Assembly (NCBI GenBank): GCA_963843845.1
Contig: CAWJMB010000002.1
Location: 864,001 to 928,000 of the forward strand
From: an uncultured Gemmatimonadaceae bacterium
Lineage (GTDB): Bacteria > Gemmatimonadota > Gemmatimonadetes > Gemmatimonadales > Gemmatimonadaceae
DNA length: 64,000 nucleotides
Direction of reading: 5' to 3'
Under the pieces are notes generated by a model. It saw nothing but the letters and a program-made list of their open reading frames with translations, was not told the origin of the DNA and did not search any database. Shown here in pieces: positions 17,805 through 29,555 of this stretch. How positions within the stretch are numbered: the stretch's first letter is position 1; every line of letters starts with the position of its first letter. The position numbers and the translations under genes are program-made.

Positions 17805-18608
17805 TCACGCGCTCACCGCGGGCGTCCAGATGCGCCCTTCGATCCGGTCGACGTCGTCGCGCGCCGGGGGCAGCGCGGCGAGCGACGCGCGCGACGCCCA
17901 CATGCCTGACGCGGCGGCGAGCGCGTCGAAGCGGTGATCGTCCTCGGCCGCGGCGCGCCGGGTGTCGACGTCGACGCGCGGCGCGTGCGCGGCGAGCCAG
18001 TCGAGGCGCTGCACGCCGCTGCTCTTCGTCACCGCGTCGCCGTACGCGGTGCGCGGGTAGATCTCGACGACGACGGACTGCGACGCGTTCGGCACGTCGA
18101 ACGGCCAGACGGCGAGTCCGGCGGCACGCAGCAGCAGCAGGAACGGCATGCCGCGCAGCGACGACTTGCCGACCTGCCCGCTGCCGCCGATCTGGAACAC
18201 CGACTTCGGCGTGATGCGGGTGCCGGCGCTCACCTCGCGCTCGGTGCGCCGATACGCCGGGCGCGCGTCGCCGCCGGCGGCGCGCGCGAGCTGACTCGTG
18301 CTGAACGGCGCGGCGGCGTTCGCGAGCCACCGCTCGCCGCGCGCCGCGACGCGCCGCCAGAACGCGTGGGCGTCGCCCGCCTTCTCGCGCGCGACGAACC
18401 ACGCCGGGTAGGAGAACGCGAAGTCGAGCCCGACGGCGACGCGCTCGTGCCGGGCGGCGCCGATCACGTACGCGACCGCCTCCTCGCGACTCGTCGGTGA
18501 GACGAGCGTGACGTCGGACTCGGCGCGCACGTCGGCGATCGCGAGTCCGCCGGCCGGCTCCCGCGCGCCGCTCCAGTCGATGGCGATGACGCGGCTGATG
18601 CGACTCAC
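17805..18608 (-). CDS. DUF429-like predicted RNase H-fold nuclease
   Basis: IAIDWSGA, VGLDFAFSYP, R.TE, VVEIYPR, DALAAA, IEGRIW. Confidence 0.65.
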   Translation of the reverse strand: MSRISRVIAIDWSGAREPAGGLAIADVRAESDVTLVSPTSREEAVAYVIGAARHERVAVGLDFAFSYPAWFVAREKAGDAHAFWRRVAARGERWLANAAAPFSTSQLARAAGGDARPAYRRTEREVSAGTRITPKSVFQIGGSGQVGKSSLRGMPFLLLLRAAGLAVWPFDVPNASQSVVVEIYPRTAYGDAVTKSSGVQRLDWLAAHAPRVDVDTRRAAAEDDHRFDALAAASGMWASRASLAALPPARDDVDRIEGRIWTPAVSA

Positions 18609-18654
18609 GCGAATGAGGCGGAGGGACGGAGCATCCCCGCGCCTTCGTTCGTCG

Positions 18655-19794
18655 TCACCGCTCCGGCAACGACGCCAGGAAGGGCGCGACCAGCTCCTTC
18701 CAGACGAGCGGCAGCGTGTGCGTGCCGTGGCCGCGCGTCGCCGGGCCGGTCGGGATCAACACGTACCGTCCGTGCGTCACGCTCGGCATCAGCTTCTCCA
18801 TCAGGCCGAGCGACGGCGGGTTCACCTCGTCGTCCTCCGAGTTGATCGCGAGCACCGGCGCCGTGATGCGGCCGAGTACCGCCGAGGGGTCGTAGTCGCG
18901 CGACGACTCGAACTGGTAGAGGAAGTCGTTCGCGTCGGTCGTGCGCATCCGGTCGGTCATGTAGCGCACGATCGCGCTGTCTGCGGCGTCGCGCGTCGGC
19001 GTCTGCGTGTGCTGGTAGGCGGGCGCCGCGCCCATCATCCACAGCATCGCGATCGCCGTGCGCAGCCCCGCAGGGGGCGACGTGTAATTCCCGTTCTGCC
19101 ACGTCGGATCGGTGCGGATCGCGTCGATCGCGATCTTGCGCATCATGCGATTGCGCCCCGCGATCTGCGTCGGCGCGCAGGCGAGCGGCACGAGGCCGTC
19201 CATGAATCCGGGATACGCCGCGCCCCACATCCAGGCGTGCATGCACCCCATCGACGTGCCCATGATCGCGCGCAGGTGGTCGACTTTCAGCCCCTCGGTC
19301 ACGAGCAGATGCTCGCCGCGCACCATGTCGCCGTAGCCGTACCGCGGAAACGACGCGCGCAGCCCGTCGCTCGGCTTGCTCGACCCCCCGTGGCCGATGT
19401 CGTCGGGGAGGATGACGTAGAAGCGTGTCGTGTCGAACATCGCGCCGGGCCCGTACATCTCGCGCGCGTAGGCCGGCGAGAGGAACTGTGTCCCCGCACC
19501 GCCGGTGCCGTGGAGAATGAGCACCGCGTTGCGCACGGTGCCGCGCGCGTCGCGCCGCGGCGTGCCTAACGTGCGGTAGTGCAACCGGAGCGTCGGCAGC
19601 GTCTCGCCGCTCTCGAAGCGGAAGTTCGACGTCGTGAAGTCGCCTTCCGTGGCGCGAACGAGTTGCGCGGACGCCGGGTGCGACGGCAGCGCGAGCGCGG
19701 CGAGCGCGGCGAGCGCGGCGAGCGCGGCGGCGAGAGCAGGAGCGAGGGAAAGCAGTCGACGGAGCACGAGGCGCGACGGAAGGGGGGAGGGCAC
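18655..19794 (-). CDS. Alpha/beta hydrolase, homoserine O-acetyltransferase-like, with signal peptide
   Basis: FRFESGETL, LHGTGG, GTSMG nucleophile elbow, DANDF, GHGTH. Confidence 0.85.
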   Translation of the reverse strand: MPSPLPSRLVLRRLLSLAPALAAALAALAALAALALPSHPASAQLVRATEGDFTTSNFRFESGETLPTLRLHYRTLGTPRRDARGTVRNAVLILHGTGGAGTQFLSPAYAREMYGPGAMFDTTRFYVILPDDIGHGGSSKPSDGLRASFPRYGYGDMVRGEHLLVTEGLKVDHLRAIMGTSMGCMHAWMWGAAYPGFMDGLVPLACAPTQIAGRNRMMRKIAIDAIRTDPTWQNGNYTSPPAGLRTAIAMLWMMGAAPAYQHTQTPTRDAADSAIVRYMTDRMRTTDANDFLYQFESSRDYDPSAVLGRITAPVLAINSEDDEVNPPSLGLMEKLMPSVTHGRYVLIPTGPATRGHGTHTLPLVWKELVAPFLASLPER

Positions 19795-19879
19795 GGGTCC
19801 GACGTCGTAGTATGGCAGCGCGACACCTCCCGGATAATCCCGACGCGCCGTGGAAGCCGACCGACTCTCGGATCAGCCG

Positions 19880-20572
19880 ATGGAGCTGGCACGGTTTCTG
19901 GATGCACGGGCGGACGTGGCACCCGCCCGGACGCAATCGCTCGCGGAAGAAGTCGCGAACAGCATCACGCACGGCCTCGGCCTCGCCGCCGCGGTCGCCG
20001 CGCTGCCCGCGCTCGTCGTCGCCGCACGGCAGCGCGACGACCCGCTGCACCTCGTCGGTGCGCTCGTGTTCGGCGGCACGCTCGTGCTCTGTTACCTCGC
20101 GTCGACGCTCTACCACGCCGTCCCCGCACCGCGCTCGCCGCGCGCGAAGGAGCGGCTCCGCGTCATCGACCACTCGGCGATCTTCCTCCTGATCGCCGGG
20201 ACGTACACGCCGTTCCTGCTCGGCGCGCTCCGCGGGCGGTTCGGCTGGACGCTCCTCGCGGTGATCTGGACGCTCGGCGTGCTCGGCGTCGTGGCGAAAC
20301 TCGCGCTCGGCTGCCGCTACCGGTACCTGTCGACGGGGATGTACCTCGGCATGGGATGGCTCGGCCTCGTCGTCATGCGGCCGCTCGCGGCGAGCGTCGG
20401 ACCGGCCGGCGTGACGTGGCTGCTCGCGGGTGGCGCGACATACACGCTCGGCGCCGTGTTCTACCTGTGCGACCGGCGCATCCGCTACGGGCACGCCGTC
20501 TGGCACCTGTTCGTCGCGGCGGGGAGCGCGTGCCACTTCGTCGCCGTGCTGCGGTACGCGTGGGGGGCGTGA
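19880..20572 (+). CDS. Hemolysin III / PAQR family membrane protein
   Basis: EEVANSITHG, STLYH, DHSAIFLLIAGTYTP, HAVWHLFV. Confidence 0.93.
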   Translation: MELARFLDARADVAPARTQSLAEEVANSITHGLGLAAAVAALPALVVAARQRDDPLHLVGALVFGGTLVLCYLASTLYHAVPAPRSPRAKERLRVIDHSAIFLLIAGTYTPFLLGALRGRFGWTLLAVIWTLGVLGVVAKLALGCRYRYLSTGMYLGMGWLGLVVMRPLAASVGPAGVTWLLAGGATYTLGAVFYLCDRRIRYGHAVWHLFVAAGSACHFVAVLRYAWGA

Positions 20573-20698
20573 CGCCGGGGCGCCTGGTGCGCCGGGCGCG
20601 CGGCGTGCCGTGAATTAGGTTAAGCGCGCCGGCCTCCTCCGTCGTTCTACGGAGAGTTCGTCGCCGGTCGTGTCCGATCACATTCCTGCCCGCCTGCC

Positions 20699-21271
20699 AT
20701 GCGCCTTGCCGTCACCCTCGCCGCCGCCGCCGCGACCGCGCTCGCCTGCACGACCGGCCCGCAGACGCCGACGCCGACCCCCGCTCCGACGTCGACGACG
20801 GCCCAGGCGCCGGGCGGCGGAGGGGGCCCGGGCGGCGCGCCCGGTCAGCCCGCGCCGCAGCGCACGCCGGCGCAGATGGACTCGATGCGCAAGAGCACCG
20901 TCGCCCGCATGGTCGCGCAGCTCGGCGCGCGCGCCGACGAGCCGGCCGAGCGCGTCTACCAGAACATCCAGGTGTGGAAGGGGCTCCCGGCGCGCGCGCT
21001 CCTCGACACGATGGCGTCGTACGGCCGGGCGCTGGGCGTCACCTGCTCCGGCTGCCACGTCCCCGGCCAGTGGGCGAGCGAGGAGCGGGCGAACAAGAAG
21101 GTCGCCCGCGGGATGCAGCGCATGACGACGGCGATCAACACGACGCACCTTCCGGCGATCCCCGATCTCGATCCCGAGCACCCGCCGGCGACGTGCGCGA
21201 TGTGCCACCAGGGGTCGTTCCACCCGAAGACCGAGGTGTCGCTGACGGGGCGGGGCGAGTCGGGGCACTGA
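20699..21271 (+). CDS. Diheme c-type cytochrome lipoprotein
   Basis: Lipobox ALAC; CSGCH and CAMCH heme motifs. Confidence 0.88.
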   Translation: MRLAVTLAAAAATALACTTGPQTPTPTPAPTSTTAQAPGGGGGPGGAPGQPAPQRTPAQMDSMRKSTVARMVAQLGARADEPAERVYQNIQVWKGLPARALLDTMASYGRALGVTCSGCHVPGQWASEERANKKVARGMQRMTTAINTTHLPAIPDLDPEHPPATCAMCHQGSFHPKTEVSLTGRGESGH

Positions 21272-21297
21272 GCGAGACAGCGTAGAGCGAACAGCGC

Positions 21298-21333
21298 AGA
21301 GCGCAGAGAGGCTTCAGCCGCTCTGCGCTCTTT
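21298..21333. terminator. Hairpin between convergent genes
   Basis: AGAGCGCAGAG (21298-21308) pairs with CTCTGCGCTCT (21321-21331). Confidence 0.55.
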
Positions 21334-21365
21334 GCGTTGCGCCGATCCGCCGCGCGTGTCGCTCG

Positions 21366-24300
21366 TCAGAGCGTGCTGTAGCGTCCGTCGGCGGCGCGTA
21401 CTTCGCCGAGGATGGCGAGCGTGTCGAGGTGGCGGTGGACGATGTCGGTGCGCGCGCCGGCGAACGCGCGCGTCGCGTCGTCGACGGTGACGGTTCGGGT
21501 GGCGACGAGGCGCTTGAGGGCGCCGATCTGCTCGACCGCCTCGGCCGGCCAGGGCGCGGGGGCGTCGGCCGGCGCGGGCTCCGCGGTAGGCGCGGCGTCG
21601 TCGGGGAGTGGGAGTGCGGCGTCGGGGGCGGTGCGCGTGGCGTTCGGCGCCTGATAGTCCGGACGCAGCCACCGCACGACGCCGCGCGCCTCCTCGGCCA
21701 CGCGCTCGTCGTGCAGCGCGACGAGCCGGTCGAGGATCTCCTCGGTCGGCATGGGCCACGGCCAGCCGTACGCCTCGGCGACGAGGGCGTCGAGCTCGTC
21801 GTGCAGGTCGCGCAGCACGCCGCAGGCGGCCAGCTCGTGCACGGTCCGCTCTTTCGGCGTGAGCGGCTCGTTCGCACGCAGCTTCTCGACGACGTTGTAC
21901 ATGCCCGTCATCGTCACGCGCTCGTCGCGCGCGATGGCGGCCTTGCGGTGCGCCGTCGAGCCGCTCGGCCGACGTCGGCGATGCGCGCTGCGGACGTTAG
22001 GCGCCGGGTCAGGGAAGGGAAATGCGTCGAAGCAGCGCGTCTTGTTGTAGCGAGGGTCATTTCCAACCCCTAAGCGTGACCCTGCAGCATCCGCCCACTC
22101 CACGTGGATCGTCGACGAGAGTATGCCGAGGTGATACGCCTCGCCTGATGCGACGGCGACAATCATGTCGTCAGGCGCGATCTCACGGCGCAGAAATTCG
22201 AAGAATCGGTGTCTCGCTACGTACGGGGTGGCGATGAATCGCGGTACGTTGGCGACGGCGCGTACGCAACTCGATATTTGTGCGCCCGAAGCGCCACCAG
22301 TATCGCTTTCGGCCGGGATCGTTCTGCGCCTCGCGGCTCAGGCTTCACGCGTGCGCGCACGATGTCGTACAAGACCGGATATCGCACGTGCGGCGTCCTC
22401 ACTGCGCGTGCGCGAAGTCGATGATGAATCGTCGCGCGGTCTGGCCGCGAGGTCATTTCCCGTTGCGGAAAGGCCGGATCACCTGCGCATGACTGGCGTC
22501 GGTAGCGAGCAGGCGTTCAGCTTCCGGCCGTCCCAACACGAAGCCCGCGCCGACTGGCGCGAAGCCGCGCGAATGAGAGTTCCTCGTTCGCACGGAGCGG
22601 GACCGCTGCGGCCCTCGAAATGTCCGCGTGCGTACTGAGGTCGGCATTCAACCGCGAGACCTCTCGCATCTTTGTGACTGTGCCGGCGTCGTCCACTTCA
22701 AGCCGGTACGCGCGGTGGGCAGTTCGCGATAGCACTGTCATTGCCACCCGGACCGCGCGCAGCGTCGGCATAGTCGTGCCAGGGGTGATCGGGCGATCGC
22801 CCAGACAATTCGAGCACCGCGCAGTGCCGCGGCTCGCGCGATCGAGAGGTTGATGAAATTGCTGCGTGATCGAGTTCGTCGTGATAAGGCCCGCGCGGAG
22901 GAGTGCGCCCTGCCGCGACTGCGGTGGCGGCGCGTGCCCACCAGTACATCACGAAGTCGACGCTGCCCGGTACGTCTGGGTACGGTGCTTCGCAACGCTT
23001 CGACATAGCCGTCGCCGAGCACGTCGCGCATGCCGCTTGTCGCCGAGATACGGCGGATTCCCGACGATGAAGTCCGCCTCCGGCCACTCCGCCGGCCGCG
23101 CGTTCACGTACTCGTAGTACGGCAGCCGCGCGTCCGGGTCCGGCACGAGCTTCCCCGTCACCGGGTGCCTGACGCGCGGCGTCGGGTCGGGCCGGTCGCG
23201 CTCCGGCACGCGCCGGATCTCGTCCCACGCCAGCACCGCGTCGCGCTGCGACAGCGTCCCCGTCTCGCGCAGCAGCGGCTCGTCCGGCTGCACGTCGCCG
23301 TGCTGCTGCCGCCAGAACTGGTGAAAGCCGATCCACAGCGTCAGCTCCGCGATCTCGCGCGCCCACGCCTTCACCTCGATCCCGTAGAACTGCCCCGGGT
23401 CGATCTCCGCGAGCCGCATCCCGAGCTGCCCGCCGCGCAGCTCCGCGAGCAGCCGGAACACCTCGACCTCGACGCGCTTCAGCGCGTGCATCGTCACGTA
23501 CAGGAAGTTGCCGCTGCCGCACGCCGGGTCGAGCACGCGCAGCCCGCGCAGCCAGTCGTGGAACGCGAGCAGCCGGGCCTCCGCCTCCGCGAGCAGCTCG
23601 CCCTCCGACCCGCGCGACCTGCCGCGCGCCTTCGTCCCCGCCTCTTTCCGCCGCGCCGCCTCCTCGCGCAACTGCAGCACCTCCGCCTGCACCGCCGCCC
23701 ACCGTTCGCGTACCGGCTCCTCGACCGTCGGCCGCACCAGCCGCTCGATGAACGCCCGCGGCGTGTACTCGGCGCCGAGCCGGTGGCGCTCCTCGGGCGT
23801 CAGCGCGCGGACGAGCAGCGTGCCGAAGATCGACGGCTCGACCGACGACCAGTCGGCCTTCGCCGCGCGCACGAGCAGCGCGAGCGCCTCGCGGTCGAGC
23901 GGCAGCGCCTCGGCGTCGTGAAAGAAGTGGCCGTTGAAGCGCAGGAGCTTGTGATAGCCGAACAGATCGCCGGCGTCCATCGCCCGCCAGAGCCCTCGGC
24001 CGCAGGCACGAACGCCTCGGGGCCGGACTTCGAGCACCGCCTCCAGGAGTCGACGGAACGACGCGTCCGGCAGGAGGTTCACGTCCTCGGCGAACATCGT
24101 GAACACGCAGCGCATGAGGAATCGCGCCACGCGCTCCGGGTCGTGCCCGCCGTCCGTCCAGCGTCGCCGCGAGCCGGCGAGCAGTCGCCGCGATCTCCTC
24201 GGTGACCGCCTGCGCGCGACCGCGCGGGTCGCGCCGCGACGGGTCGGTCCAGACGTCGCGCAGCAGGGCGACGTCGTCAGGGCGGTCGGCGAGCGTGCGC

Positions 24301-24809
24301 AGGTCGATGCGGCGCGCGGCGTTGAAGCCGCCGTACGTGCCGGCCCAGCCGTCCCAGAGCAGCAGGGCGCGGGGGAAGTCGAGCACCATGATGTACGGCG
24401 GGCGCTCGGGAAGGTCGCGAGCGTAGGTGTGCACCTGCCCGAACGCCTTCGTGAGCTGACGCGTCGCCGTGGCGCCGTCTTCGAACGCCTTCGCCTCGAG
24501 CGCGAAGCAGCCGGCCTTGTAGAGGTCGATGAAGTTCGTCGTGATCGCCCCGTCGCGCGTCACGGCCTTCACCGGGTACTCGAACTGGTAGGGCACGTGC
24601 TCGGCCACGCGCGCGCGGTCGACCGACGGGCGCGGGCGCTCGACGCCTAACGCGTCGCACAGGTCGTAGAGAAACGGCTGCGCGTTCGAGCGCTCGTCGG
24701 CGCCGGCGTGCCGCCACTTCTCGGCGAGGGCGCGAAGGCGGGCGGCCGTCTCGGGTGAGACGCCGCCCGCGGGCACGCCGTCGGACAGTCCGGACAGTGG
24801 GGACGACAT
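21366..24809 (-). CDS. MmeI-like type IIL/IIG restriction-modification enzyme, multiple frameshifts
   Basis: ERSNAQPF..LC..LGV, FIDLYK..CF.LEAK, LGAEYTPR, LDPACGSGNFL, IVGNPPY, RYNKTRCFDAFPFP, HDELDALVAEAYGWP, spread across several frames. Confidence 0.88.
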
Positions 24810-24848
24810 GCGCGCCAATGTAGGCGCCGGGCCGCTACCGCACGATCG

Positions 24849-26555
24849 TCACGGCACGATCCGCGTCGTGTCGCGCACCGTCGGGTACTTGATGCCGAAC
24901 TGCTCGAGGTACGTCTTGTACTTCGTCGGGTCGTAGTAGTACTTCCGCATCTGCTCGCGGTACTTCGCCATGATGTCGCGGTTCAGCTCGATCGGCGGCT
25001 GGTCCGTGGCGCTGATGAACGGCTGGTACTTCACGTCCTTCGTCTGCACGTCGGTGAAGTACGTCCATCGCGTCCGTCACGAGCGGCGGCGAGAGCAGCA
25101 GGTCGATCATCGTCATCGCCTGCACCTTCGCGCCCGCCGTCGTCCCCTTGTGCGCGATCGGCGTCGCCATCGCGATCGCGTTCGCCCAGTTGTGCCCCGG
25201 CAGTCCCCGGGATGTTCGCCGGGTAGCGCAGCGTCACCGTCGGCACGCTCCACGCCACGTCGCCGATGTCGTCCGAGCCGCCGCCGCGTGCGCGGCCCCT
25301 CGACGCCGCCCGAGAGCGGCGAGCGCGCGTCGCGAGCCCGTTCGTCGGCGAGCCGAGCTCGCGCTGGATGCCGCGGGCGAGCGCCTGGTCCTTCTCGTCC
25401 CACGTCGGCAGCCCGACCTTCACGATGTTCTGGTGCATCGCCTCGGCGATCGGCCGGTTGAAGTGGCCGGACCAGCCGGAGCCGAGGATCGCGCACCGTG
25501 TCGAGCTTCGTGTCGGTCATCATCGCCGCGCCCTGCGCGATGCGCTTGCCGCGCCTCGAACATCTCCATCGTCGTCGGATAGTCGACGTTCCGGAAGTAG
25601 AACCAGATCGACGCCGTCGTCGGCACGACGTTCGGCTGGTCGCCGCCGTCCTTGATGACGTAGTGCGAGCGCTGCGCGATCCCCATGTGCTCGCGGTGGT
25701 ACTCCCACCCGGTCGCCATGAGCATCACCGCGTCGAGCGCGCTCTTGCCCGCGCTGCGGCGCGCCGGCCGCGTGCGCGCTCGTGCCGCGGAACTTGAACT
25801 CGGCCGAGACGAGCGCGTTCTGCCCGCCCTGCCCCCACGAGACGCCGAGGTTGTTGCCGACGTGCGTGAAGAGCACCGCGTCCGACGTCCTTGAAGATCG
25901 CCGGCGCGCACGTAGAACGCCTTGCCCGCCATCAGCTCCTCGGCCACGCCGGGGAAGAGCACGATCGTGCCCGGCATCTTCTCGCGCTCCATGATGCTGC
26001 TTCACCGCGAGCGCGGCGGTGACGTTCAGCGGGTTGCCGCTGTTGTGCCCCTCGCCGTGCCCGGGCGCGCCGTCGATCATCGCGTCGCGGTAGCCGACGC
26101 CCGGCTTCTGCGACGCCTGCGGGATGCCGTCGATGTCGCTGCCTAGCACGATCACCGGCTTGCCGGAGCCCCACCGCGCGACCCACCCCGTGGGCATGCC
26201 GGCGACGTTCTCGCTGGACCGTGAAGCCGTTCTTCCGCAGGATGCCGGTCAGGTACTTCGACGTCTCGGACTCCTGCATCCCGAGCTCGCCGTAGCTGAA
26301 CACCTGGTCGACCATCTGCTGCGTGAACGTCGCCATCGAGTCGACGGCCTTGAGCGCCTGCGCCTTGAGCGCGTCGCGCCGCGTCTGGTTCGTCGTGTCG
26401 ACGCGCGCCGGCGCCGAGTCGGCGCCGGCGCCGCGCCCGCGCTGCGCGAGCGCGTCGCGCGAGAGCGCCGGCGACGCGAGCAGGCCGACGACGGCGGCCG
26501 CCGTCCGCGTCGCGCGGACGGTTCGAGCGGGGAAGCGGGGGATCTCTCGGAACAT
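24849..26555 (-). CDS. M20D amidohydrolase (AbgB-like), exported, multiple frameshifts
   Basis: ELGMQE.ETS, SDIDGIP, GHGEGHN, GVAEE, SAHAAGAP, SALDAV, GGSDDIGDV. Confidence 0.85.
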
Positions 26556-26935
26556 CTCGCGGGAGGAAGGAGAAGGGAGTCGACTTCGCGTTCCGGAGTG
26601 TGCGCGGCGCGCGGCACGAGCGCAATTCGTCGCGCCGCCGCGGCCGGCCCGCGGCGCGTGGGTCGTGCGCGCCCGTCGAACGGTGCGGCGGCGGCTCCGC
26701 ACTCTCGACGGGCGCCCCGGCGAGCGCAACGGTGTGCTCGTTGCCCGAGCACGCCGCTCGCCATCGCTCCGAGCATCCCGCATGCGCACGTTGCAGACGC
26801 TGCTCGCCGTCGTCGCGCCGTCGCCGCCGGCGCCGCGCGTGACGGGCGCGGGCTCGCGGGGCGTGGCACCCCCGAGGCGCCGCGGGCCGGGGTAGCGGCG
26901 CCGAACGCGCGGGCGGGCGGCGGGTATCATCGCTG

Positions 26936-28269
26936 ATGCCCTTCGCCCGCCGCGCGGCGGCCGCGCTCGCGCTCGTCCTCCCAGGCGCACCGCTCGCCGC
27001 ACAGCCCCCGCAGGGCACGCTCGGCGCGCAGGCGGTCGTCAGCGGGACGCGGCTCACGAACGCGCTCGACGGGCGCACGCGCACGGAGGGCGTACGTGTC
27101 GCAGCCCGCGCTCATGGGGCACGGCGCGATCGCCGGCGGGCACCTGCGCTTCACCGGCACGCTCAACTTCGAGGGCGCTCACGATGCGCCGCGGCGAGCT
27201 GCTCGGCGGCGTCTACGGCGAGGGGTACGTCGACCGCCGCCACCCGCACACGCTCGTGCACGAGGCGATGGTCGCGCGTGCACGGCGGGCCGTGCGCGGC
27301 GGCACGGTGAGCGCCTCGCTCGCCGCGGGGAAGGGGTTCGTGCCGTTCGGCACCGACGACCCGATGATGCGGCCGTTCGAGCGCTACCCGGTCAACCATC
27401 ACCTCGCGCAGATCCTCGAGCGCGTCGTCGCGATCGGCGCCGTGCGTGTGCCGCACGCTGCTGCTCGAAGGGCGCGCTCTTCAACGGCGATGAGCCGCAC
27501 CGGCGCCGTACGCGCACGCCGCGCTACGATCGGTTCGGCGACTCGTGGGCCGCGCGGCTCTCGGTGCGTCCGCTGGATCGCCGCACCGCCGAGTGGGGCG
27601 CGGCCGGCGTCGAGCTGTCGGTCAGCGCCGCGCGCGTCGTCTCCGCCGAGAACCCGGACGGCGGCGGGCTCGATCAGCGGAAGTGGAGCGCCGCGCTGCG
27701 GTGGGCGCGGCGGCACACCGTCAGGCGGCGCCGCGCGGCCGAACGATCGCGCGAGCTACGCTGCTCGTCGAGATGGGCGCGCACCGACTGGATGCGCGGC
27801 GGCCGGCGCATCGCGGTCGCCGGCTACCGCGACGGCAGCGTGCTCGCCGAGGCGGGCGTGCGGCGGCGCGGCGTCGAGCTCGTCGGCGCGCGCCGAGCGC
27901 ACCGACCGGCTCGAGGAGGAGCGTGACGTCGATCCGTTCCGCACCGTGCGCCCGCACTCCGACGTCGCGACGCTCGGCGTGACGCGACTGGCAGGTGCTC
28001 ACGCTCGGCGTCGCGCGGCCGCTCGGCGTGTCGGCGGCGGCGACGCTGCGCGCTGGCGCCGTTCGTCGAAGGCTCGCTCGCTCGCGCCGCGCGCCGTCGT
28101 ACCCGGCGCGGTGTTCGACCCGGTGTCGTTCTACGGCGGCAGGCGGCTCTGGTCGCTCACCGCGGGCGTCCGACTCGGTGCCGGGATGCGGCACGCGCGC
28201 ATGGGGCGCTATGGTGTGCGCGGCGCCGTCCGGCTCACACCACTCGTCACGACTCTCCTCAGCGAATGA
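26936..28269 (+). CDS. Hypothetical exported, probable outer-membrane protein; frameshifted
   Basis: Signal peptide; fragments GEGYVDRRHPHTLVHEAM, NHHLAQILER, LFNGDEP, DSWAARLS, HARMGRYG in successive frames. Confidence 0.6.
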
Positions 28270-29555
28270 TGCGTCGCCTCGTCGTCGCCCTCTCGTCGCC
28301 GCTCGCGGCCGCGCTCGTCGCCTGCTCCCGCCGACCGACGCCCGGCCGGCGCTCACCGATCCGACGCCCGACGCCCGACGCAGACGGCGATCGCGTCGTG
28401 CGCGTCGCGCGACGTCGCGGGGACGCGGACGGGACTGCGCGCGCAGTCGCAGTGCGTCGTCGCCGGACGATTCTCGTCCGAGCTGACGACGGTGACGACC
28501 GCGCGCGGCACGCTTCGCCTACACCTCGACGTGGGGGCGACGCACCGGCGCCGCGTGCACGACCGACAACTGCGGCAACGTCGTCTACGTGTGGAACGTC
28601 GGCACGTCGCCCGCCGCGCTGACCGATTCGCTCGATCGTGAACCCGCCGTCGCTCACCACGACGACCGGCGACGTGCAGGTGAGCGACGACGGCACGCTG
28701 CTCGTCGTCGCGACCGAGCCGGCCGGCTACCTCGTCATCTACTCGCTCGCCGACCCCGCGCATCCGACGCTCGTGACGCGGTGCACCGCGCCGAACGTCG
28801 CGAACGGCGTGCACACGGCGCAGCTCTCGCGCGTCGGCGGTCGGCTCTACGCGTTCTGCTCGATCGACCCGCGCGGCGGTGCGCGCGCACGCCTCACGAT
28901 CGTCGACCTCTCGACGCCGGCGTCGCCTCGTGAGACGTGGTCGCGCGAGATGGGCAATCCGTACGTCCACGACGTCTACGTGCGCGACGGCTATCTGCTC
29001 ACCGCGCTGTGGAACGACGGCATGACGGTCTGGGACATCGGCGCGCGCCGCGGCTCGCCGTCGGCGCCCGACTCGGTCGGCAACGTGCGCACGGCGACCG
29101 GACAGATGCACAACATCCTCTGGCAGCGCGATGCGACGACCGGCTCGCGCTTCGCGTTCCTCGGCGAGGAGGGGCCCGGGGCGATCGGCAGCACGTCGCT
29201 CGGCGACGTGCACGTCGTCGACATGAGCGACCTGTCCCGCCCGCGCGAGGTCGCGTACTACACGATCCCCGGCGCCGGCGTCCACAACTTCTCGGTCGAC
29301 GAGACGAACGGCATCCTCTACGCCGCGTACTACAACGCCGGCGTCGCGGCGCTCGACGTACGCGGCGACCTCGCGGCGTGCACCGCGGCGCAGCAGGGGA
29401 CGCTCGGCCGCTGCGACCTCGCGCGCATGGGGCGCGAGCTCGGGCGCGGGCTGACGGCCGGCGCGTACGTCTGGGGCGTCGAGTTCGCGAACAACGTGCT
29501 CTACGCGTCCGACATGCTCGGCGGACTGTGGACGCTCACGCCGGCGACGCGCTGA
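28266..29555 (+). CDS. LVIVD-repeat beta-propeller lipoprotein; 5' part frameshifted
   Basis: Lipobox LVAC; LVIYSLADPAHP, LTIVDLSTPASP, VHDVYV, VHVVDMSD, AAYYNAGV. Confidence 0.75.

Noticed and set aside
20699..21271. Photosynthesis gene cluster
   Set aside because: Only a diheme cytochrome; no puf, bch or crt genes in the window
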